This document shows positions 58,053 to 64,000 of a stretch of DNA of 64,000 bases, piece after piece; within the stretch, counting starts at the first letter, position 1; each line of letters opens with the position of its first letter. A model generated the notes under the pieces. The model searched no databases and was not told the DNA's origin. It was given only the letters and a program-made list of their open reading frames with translations. This DNA is from Vampirovibrio chlorellavorus. GTDB lineage: Bacteria > Cyanobacteriota > Vampirovibrionia > Vampirovibrionales > Vampirovibrionaceae. The DNA lies in NCBI GenBank assembly GCA_903866275.1, contig CAIPMU010000019.1, positions 34,763 to 98,762 of the forward strand. The letters are read 5' to 3'. The translations under genes were made by a program, and so were the position numbers.

Positions 58053-59375
58053 TCAAGGGCCGGTATTCGCATCGGAATAATAGGACCCGTAATCATCCGG
58101 ATTCGGGATGGGGGCCAGGTTCAACTCCGGAGGAGGCAGCACCGCTGTTTCCCGATGGTTGATCAGGCGATTTTTGTGTCCCGTCATTCCCCGCTTGGTG
58201 CTGGGGGGATTTTTAGGAATGGGCATGCTGAATGGCGAAAGGGCAAGGATCTCCGTAGCGCCCAAGGCCGCAGTCATCCAGTCCGGTTTGTCATCCCTCG
58301 AAAACGCCACCGTCTTGCCCTGAGCCTGTTCTGCCAGTGCACGATAAACGGCCAGATGATCATCCACCATGCGTTCCACAGAAAAACGTTGCTCTGCCAC
58401 CTGGCGAATTCGGGAGCGGTCATAGTCAAGATAGCGAGACACGGCTTGCGTCAGTTCTTCAACGGAATCGGCCACATAGCCTGTGATGCCATGATCCACC
58501 ACTTCGGGAATGGACCCATCCCGTAACGCAAACACGGGAGTGCCGCATGCCATTGATTCAATCATCACCAAACCGAAGGGTTCAGGCCACGCAACCGGGC
58601 AGAGGGTTGCGGCGGCATGGCGCAACAGCGACACCTTTTGGGTATGATCCACCTCGCCAATGTAGCGAATCTGTTCCCCATCCACCAGCGGAGCAATCTC
58701 GCGATCGTAATAAACCTGATCCACCCGATCGATCTTGCCCGCCAGAATGAGGGGCAGCTTTAAGTCTCGTGCGATGCGAATGGCGTGGTGCGGTCCTTTT
58801 TCGGGTGACAAACGCCCCAGAAATACCAGATAAGGCTGCTCGGGATGAGTCAGGGAAGGCTCAAATTTCTGGAGCTGAATGCCATGATAAATTGTGCCCG
58901 CATAGTTGAGTTCCGGCCACAGTTGCTGCTGATAATGGCTAATGGCGATATAAGGCAAGTGCGCGTTTCGCAAAAATAAAGCTTTGACGGGCATGGGCTC
59001 CAGCGCGTTGTGCAGGGTGGTCACCATCGGGGTCGATACAAAATCGGCAAAGGGTAAGGGCTGAAAACCCACATGGTTATGAATCACATCAAATTCACCG
59101 GCCCGCTCAAAAACCTGTTGCAACATACTCAGCTCGTAAGACATCACGGTGCAATGGGTCTTGTCCTGAATCACCTGAGCTTCCATGTCTCTCAGGGATA
59201 ACGGGCAGCAAGGCACCAGATTCCCGGCAGTTTGAGAATCCTGAGCGGCAAACAGGGTCACTTCATGTCCCCGGCGCACCAGCTCATCCGTGAGCAACGA
59301 TACCACTAGTTCGGAGCCGCCATACGTTCTGGGCGGAACCGACTCCCATAAGGGCGCAACTTGTGCAATCCGCAT
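58053..59375 (-). CDS. Glycosyltransferase family 4
   Basis: 'MRIAQVAPLWESVPPRTYGGSE', 'GRLSPEKG', 'WPEPFGLVMIESMACGTPV'. Confidence 0.93.
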   Translation of the reverse strand: MRIAQVAPLWESVPPRTYGGSELVVSLLTDELVRRGHEVTLFAAQDSQTAGNLVPCCPLSLRDMEAQVIQDKTHCTVMSYELSMLQQVFERAGEFDVIHNHVGFQPLPFADFVSTPMVTTLHNALEPMPVKALFLRNAHLPYIAISHYQQQLWPELNYAGTIYHGIQLQKFEPSLTHPEQPYLVFLGRLSPEKGPHHAIRIARDLKLPLILAGKIDRVDQVYYDREIAPLVDGEQIRYIGEVDHTQKVSLLRHAAATLCPVAWPEPFGLVMIESMACGTPVFALRDGSIPEVVDHGITGYVADSVEELTQAVSRYLDYDRSRIRQVAEQRFSVERMVDDHLAVYRALAEQAQGKTVAFSRDDKPDWMTAALGATEILALSPFSMPIPKNPPSTKRGMTGHKNRLINHRETAVLPPPELNLAPIPNPDDYGSYYSDANTGP

Positions 59376-59694
59376 CAGAAATACCTCTTTCCCAACCATT
59401 CTGGGCCTTGTTTAAAATGATGACTAGTTTAAAATCATCAACTGAACCCGATGAGAAACCATTGCCCACTGTTTGCGAGCGGCTTGATTTATATTAGCCA
59501 TCTCAGCAGGGTTCTCCCATTCCTCAAATGGCTAGAAAATACCGCCAGAAGGCTAGTTGCAATCCACGGTTTAGGCTCTGACGCCGGCTGATCAGTTGAT
59601 GCTGCCACCCCTTCCGGGGTAGGATGAAATAGCTGTCTGTTCGGCTGAATCTGGTTCCATTGTCCGCACACGTCCCCAACCGGATGCACCCTGC

Positions 59695-60717
59695 ATGAAA
59701 CGTTCCAACAACCCGCTGAAATACCGTTACCACGTGCTGCGTGGCAAACTGGTGCAACCCTTTTTTACTGCGCTGTGTTTTCTGGGGCCCGTGCTCAATG
59801 TGTTTCGGGTGGATATGCTGAATCAGCGGCTCATGTTTCTGGGGCAGAGCCTGCCCTTTGAGTTCAACACGCTCATGTGGCTGCCGATTGGCTTTTACGG
59901 GGCGGTCATCGCCATCAGCCTGATCTCTTTCATCTGGGGGCGACTGTTTTGCGGCTGGACCTGCCCTCACAACACCCTCACCGAATGGACCTTTACCCTG
60001 CGTGCGATGGTGGGCCGTCACGAGAAACCCCGCTGGCTGAAACTCCTGCTGAAAAAGGCCCCGTGGGCCAAAATCCCACTGATCGTAGCCTCTCCCGTGC
60101 TGGCCTTGCCCATCACATTCACATTGGCCCTGTTACTCAGCTTTTATGTGGTGCCACCCCAATGGGCTGTGGCCCAGTACACCAGCGGTCATCCGCATAT
60201 CGCACTGGTGTTTGGCAACGGACTGTTCATGCTGATCGGGCTGTTTTTGCTATATGCGGGCAATGATTTTTGCCGCACCTGTTGCCCTTACGGGCTGGCG
60301 CAATCCATCTCCGCCTATCAGGAATCCAGCCCGTGGAAGCCTATGGAGATTCAGTTCTCCGGGGATGTGACCACTCAGTGTCGCACCTGCAGCGCCTGCC
60401 AGATTGCCTGCCCTGTGGATATTGACCCCAGAGACGGCACGCTGAAAGGCGGCCTGAAGGTGGGTCAGTTTGATGGCTGCTTCAACTGCGGCGAGTGTAT
60501 TGACGCCTGCAAGTTCATCCACAGCTTTAAAAAGAAGACCAGCCTGCTCTCGTTCAAATCGCCCGGTTTTAAACCCAAAAGCAAGCTGAAAACCCAGAGT
60601 AAGACCAAACATAAAAGCCAAAGCCTCCCGGTGGATGGCGCTGAAGGACCACTACTGGTCCCCACCCTGATGGTGGAAGACAAGCACAAGCTCAAAAGCC
60701 CCTGCGATAGCCTGTAA
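59695..60717 (+). CDS. Membrane 4Fe-4S protein (CcoG/FixG/NapH-like)
   Basis: 'GRLFCGWTCPH', 'FCRTCCPYG', 'CRTCSACQIACPVDID', 'CFNCGECIDAC'; several TM helices. Confidence 0.87.
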   Translation: MKRSNNPLKYRYHVLRGKLVQPFFTALCFLGPVLNVFRVDMLNQRLMFLGQSLPFEFNTLMWLPIGFYGAVIAISLISFIWGRLFCGWTCPHNTLTEWTFTLRAMVGRHEKPRWLKLLLKKAPWAKIPLIVASPVLALPITFTLALLLSFYVVPPQWAVAQYTSGHPHIALVFGNGLFMLIGLFLLYAGNDFCRTCCPYGLAQSISAYQESSPWKPMEIQFSGDVTTQCRTCSACQIACPVDIDPRDGTLKGGLKVGQFDGCFNCGECIDACKFIHSFKKKTSLLSFKSPGFKPKSKLKTQSKTKHKSQSLPVDGAEGPLLVPTLMVEDKHKLKSPCDSL

Positions 60718-60808
60718 AAGACCGCTTGTGCTGATAAACGGAGAAAACAGACATCTTTATTTAGCGGTTGGGTTTATATCGACTGCACACGATAGGAGAG
60801 GGCAACTC

Positions 60809-60997
60809 ATGCAACCTGTTTCATTTGGGGGCAGAACGGCGAATTATTTACTCTACATGCAGTTAAAAGAAGAATCTGAAAAGAAGAAGCTGCAAGAGCA
60901 ACAGAACAGACAAAAATTGGCCTTGAAGCCCGCTCGATACGCTTCTATCAGTTATCCATCTTTGAATCCGCTGAGGACTCAGTATCCCAACCCGTAA
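60809..60997 (+). CDS. Small hypothetical protein (62 aa)
   Basis: ATG preceded by AGGAG; MQPVSFGG start and charged helical middle segment. Confidence 0.5.
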   Translation: MQPVSFGGRTANYLLYMQLKEESEKKKLQEQQNRQKLALKPARYASISYPSLNPLRTQYPNP

Positions 60998-61021
60998 AGC
61001 CATACTTAACGGGTTGCCCGC

Positions 61022-61630
61022 CTAACGCGTCGCCTGCGCGGTCATGGAGCGTTTATAGCTTTCGCTGCAATGGGTTTGCAGAGCAAGCATGGCTTTGGTG
61101 GTGTTGTTTTTGAGCATGGAGCCAGCGCCCAGCAGCGGCAAGCCACCCAGGTCGATGCTCAGGTGATACACCACGCGGGTGCGGGTGCCCGCATCTACAG
61201 GCATCAACTGATAACTGGCGTTAATGGCTTTAAAATCCCCGGCGATGCGTTGAATTTGCAAACGATACGCGGCCTTGTCCTCGCGGATTTTAACCTGATA
61301 GCGAAAAGGCGGAATCAGACCGCTCCCTTTCAAGCCCAAATCCACGGTTTTCGTAGCCCCGGCGGATTGAACCACCGTGGACCGGTCATAGCCGGGCATG
61401 ATGTTCTTCATGTTGCCGTAATCACTCAAGTCTTGCCACACCGCATCGATGGGCGCGTTCACAATGACTTCAGCCTGCAGGGTCTTCAGGGAACCCACAT
61501 CCTGCGTCAAGGCAACCTGAGGACGACTCATCGGGGTTACGGCCCAGCTGGGGCTGGCACTCATGAAAACACCCAGACTCAGCCCTACTGAAAGCAAACT
61601 GCCCACGATTTGGTATCGATTAAACGTCAT
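61022..61630 (-). CDS. SRPBCC/START (polyketide cyclase-like) protein with signal peptide
   Basis: 'IVNAPIDAVWQDLSDY...MPG', 'GDFKAINASYQL', 'TRVVYHL'. Confidence 0.8.
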   Translation of the reverse strand: MTFNRYQIVGSLLSVGLSLGVFMSASPSWAVTPMSRPQVALTQDVGSLKTLQAEVIVNAPIDAVWQDLSDYGNMKNIMPGYDRSTVVQSAGATKTVDLGLKGSGLIPPFRYQVKIREDKAAYRLQIQRIAGDFKAINASYQLMPVDAGTRTRVVYHLSIDLGGLPLLGAGSMLKNNTTKAMLALQTHCSESYKRSMTAQATR

Positions 61631-61922
61631 GAAGATACCCCATCACCTTAGTAAGCACGATATAAAAAAGACTTATACTTTAAATAAGTATTCCGGTGCG
61701 CCAAAATTGCCTGTCGATCCGGAATATTTCGTCAAATCCGAAAAAGTGGGGTGTTGATGCCGCCTTGGTCACTAAGCGCCATTAGGGCCAAAAGTGCCCG
61801 CACTGGCATTTCTCAGAGGCTGTCTGAAAAGTGCTTAACAGAATGGGGCTTTTACCGTAGCATAGAGAGTAGTGACGCGGCATGTACCGCGTATTCGCAT
61901 TGACCGATTTAGGATATTCCGT

Positions 61923-62939
61923 ATGCCTGAGCTAAAACGATTACTGGTCACCGGGGGTTCGGGGTTTATTGGCAGTTGGCTGATTCGCCACCTCCTCCAC
62001 GAGCATCCGCAACTGCACATCATCAATCTGGATTTGCTGACCTACGCCGGAAACCCGGACAACCTGCTCGACATTGAACAGGACCCAACACTGGCTTCAC
62101 GCTACGAATTCGTGCAAGGCGATATTCAGGATGAGGCGCTGGTGACTCGGTTGATGCGTGATGTAGACGCCTGCGTGAACGTAGCCGCCCAAACCCATGT
62201 GGATCGCAGTATCAGCGGGCCGGGCGTGTTTATCACCACCAACGTGCTGGGCACACAGGTTCTGCTGGAAGCGGCGCGTCAGGCCGGAGTGCAAAAATTC
62301 GTGCAAGTCTCCACCGATGAGGTGTATGGCAGCATCGAAGGCACGGCCAAGTTCACCGAAGAATCCCCGCTGGAGCCGAGCAGCCCCTATTCTTCCAGCA
62401 AGGCAGGCGCCGACCTGATTGCGCTGAGCTATTGGAAAACCTTTGGCATGCCCGTATGCATCACCCGATGCACCAACAACTACGGTCCCAACCAGTACCC
62501 GGAAAAACTGATCCCGCTGTTCATTCTGAACGCTTCCACAGATCAGTCTGTGCCCGTCTATGGTGACGGTCTCAACGTGCGGGACTGGATTCATGTGAAG
62601 GACCACGCCGCCGGGGTGGCCAAGGTGCTCTTTGAAGGCCAGCCGGGCGAAGTCTACAACATCGGCTCCGGCAACGAGCACAACAATATGGAGATCACCA
62701 GCCTGATCCTGAGTACACTGGACAAACCCGAATCCCTGATTCGCTTTGTGGCCGATCGGCCGGGCCATGATCGCCGTTACGCGCTGGACTCCAGCAAGAT
62801 TGAGCGGGAGCTGGGCTGGAAAGCAGAAACTCCCTTTGAAGAGGGGCTACGGGAAACGGTACAATGGTATCTGGATCATCCTCAATGGGTAGCTAACGTC
62901 CGCCAGCGCGAACGTGACCTATTGTCGGTTTCCGTATAA
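61923..62939 (+). CDS. rfbB: dTDP-glucose 4,6-dehydratase
   Basis: 'VTGGSGFIGS', 'LTYAGN', 'THVDRSI', 'STDEVYG', 'YSSSKA', 'DRPGHDRRYA'. Confidence 0.96.
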   Translation: MPELKRLLVTGGSGFIGSWLIRHLLHEHPQLHIINLDLLTYAGNPDNLLDIEQDPTLASRYEFVQGDIQDEALVTRLMRDVDACVNVAAQTHVDRSISGPGVFITTNVLGTQVLLEAARQAGVQKFVQVSTDEVYGSIEGTAKFTEESPLEPSSPYSSSKAGADLIALSYWKTFGMPVCITRCTNNYGPNQYPEKLIPLFILNASTDQSVPVYGDGLNVRDWIHVKDHAAGVAKVLFEGQPGEVYNIGSGNEHNNMEITSLILSTLDKPESLIRFVADRPGHDRRYALDSSKIERELGWKAETPFEEGLRETVQWYLDHPQWVANVRQRERDLLSVSV

Positions 62940-63141
62940 GCACCCCGCTTCGGACAGTCTGTACCCTCAGCGCCGCAGCCGTGTTTTCCGAATTGAGTGT
63001 TCTCTGAGCCTGGTTGACACCCATCCGCTTCATTCAGACTCAGTGGCGTTTCTGGCCTACCTGTCCAATCAAACGTATCCTCCCTGATTTCGGGTTCAAC
63101 CGCAGTATTTAAAACCATAACCCTTGAGAGATTCCCCACGC

Positions 63142-64000
63142 ATGGCTTTCAAAAACATTGTTGTTACCGGCGCCCAGGGCATGCTAGGCCAGGAACTGGT
63201 GCCTTACCTCACCGCCCAGGGCTATCGGGTCACCCCGTTGAGCAGCAAGCAGCTCAATCTACTGGAAGATAGCCATGCCATGCAACACAAGCTCACACTC
63301 GCTGAGCCCGATGTGATCATTCACGCGGCAGCCTATACCAATGTGGATGGCGCCGAACGGGAGCCGGAACTGGCCATGGCCGTCAACAAGGATGGCACGC
63401 GCAATCTGGTGCTGGCCGCTCAGGAGCTGGGGGCCACACTGATGTATATCAGCACGGATTACGTCTTTGACGGCCTGAAAACGGACGGCCCCTATCAGCC
63501 GGTCGATCGACCCAACCCGGTGAATACCTACGGTTTGTCCAAATATTACGGCGAACTCATGGTGTCGGAGTTAATGGAGCAATACTATGTGGTGCGCACC
63601 AGTTGGCTCTATGGGATTTATAAAAAGAACTTTGTGCAATGGGTGATTGAAAGCGCTCGGGCTGGCAACGAAATTCGGGTCGCCACGGACTGGCTGGGCA
63701 CACCCACCTGGACGGGCAACCTCTGTGCCGCCATTGAAACCCTGATGAACTCAGGTCAATTCGGCATTCACCACGCGGCGGATCAAGGGGTTGTCTCGCG
63801 CTTTGAGCAGGCCCAAGTGATCTGCCAGTCGATGGGCCTTTCCGGGGATCATATTCGCCCCATCACCCTGGCCGAACTGGACTTGCCCGCCAACCGGCCA
63901 TACTTCAGCGCACTGGATTGCCCCAGTTTATCCGTACCCTCCTGGGAAACCGGCCTGAACGCCTACCTGACCCAGTACAAAGCCTTAACCCGGGACCCTT
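63142..64000 (+). CDS. rfbD: dTDP-4-dehydrorhamnose reductase, 3'-truncated by window edge (absent from the ORF track)
   Basis: Manual translation: MAFKNIVVTGAQGMLGQEL, 'HAAAYTNVDGAE', 'ISTDYVFDG', 'YGLSK', 'VRTSWLYG'; no stop seen before the window end. Confidence 0.92.
   Translation, partial: MAFKNIVVTGAQGMLGQELVPYLTAQGYRVTPLSSKQLNLLEDSHAMQHKLTLAEPDVIIHAAAYTNVDGAEREPELAMAVNKDGTRNLVLAAQELGATLMYISTDYVFDGLKTDGPYQPVDRPNPVNTYGLSKYYGELMVSELMEQYYVVRTSWLYGIYKKNFVQWVIESARAGNEIRVATDWLGTPTWTGNLCAAIETLMNSGQFGIHHAADQGVVSRFEQAQVICQSMGLSGDHIRPITLAELDLPANRPYFSALDCPSLSVPSWETGLNAYLTQYKALTRDP

Noticed and set aside
61689-61726. TATTCCGG-N22-CCGGAATA inverted repeat between the SRPBCC gene and rfbB
   Set aside because: Only 8 bp with a long spacer; compatible with chance and no element features.
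1-64000. tRNA, rRNA, CRISPR arrays, IS elements, prophage and defence genes
   Set aside because: None recognised by eye; tRNAscan-SE, Infernal and DefenseFinder would be needed to exclude them formally.

Overview
Gene-dense bacterial chromosomal region with about 50 CDS. I found no rRNA, tRNA, CRISPR array, transposase or phage genes. Gene content suggests (inference) a non-photosynthetic relative of Cyanobacteria such as Vampirovibrionia/Melainabacteria: cyanobacterial-type FtsZ, a polyprenyl synthase-DUF212 pair, SLH and GHL10 proteins, plus flagellar/chemotaxis genes and the futalosine menaquinone pathway. Housekeeping and metabolic blocks include glpD, prpD-prpB-prpC, an RND-MFP-TolC pump, sucCD, scoAB, mqnE-mqnA-rsgA, dTDP-rhamnose genes, radA and ftsZ-mtnA. 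The strongest candidate for an undescribed system is a two-gene operon at 32734-34998: a tandem GNAT acetyltransferase and a protein with the eukaryotic protein-arginine-methyltransferase (PRMT) motif set fused to an N-terminal PqqD/RRE-like domain. Other notable items: tandem speD paralogues behind a ~480-nt leader with a uORF and competing hairpins, three sigma28-like promoters (one leading into a possible small RNA), a CheD lacking its catalytic Cys, a Cys-nucleophile alpha/beta hydrolase, a minimal subtilase, a GH6 cellulase-like gene coupled to an isoprenoid/quinone gene run, tandem secretins, and an AT-rich gene inserted between sucC and sucD. All calls come from reading motifs by eye; no database searches were run.
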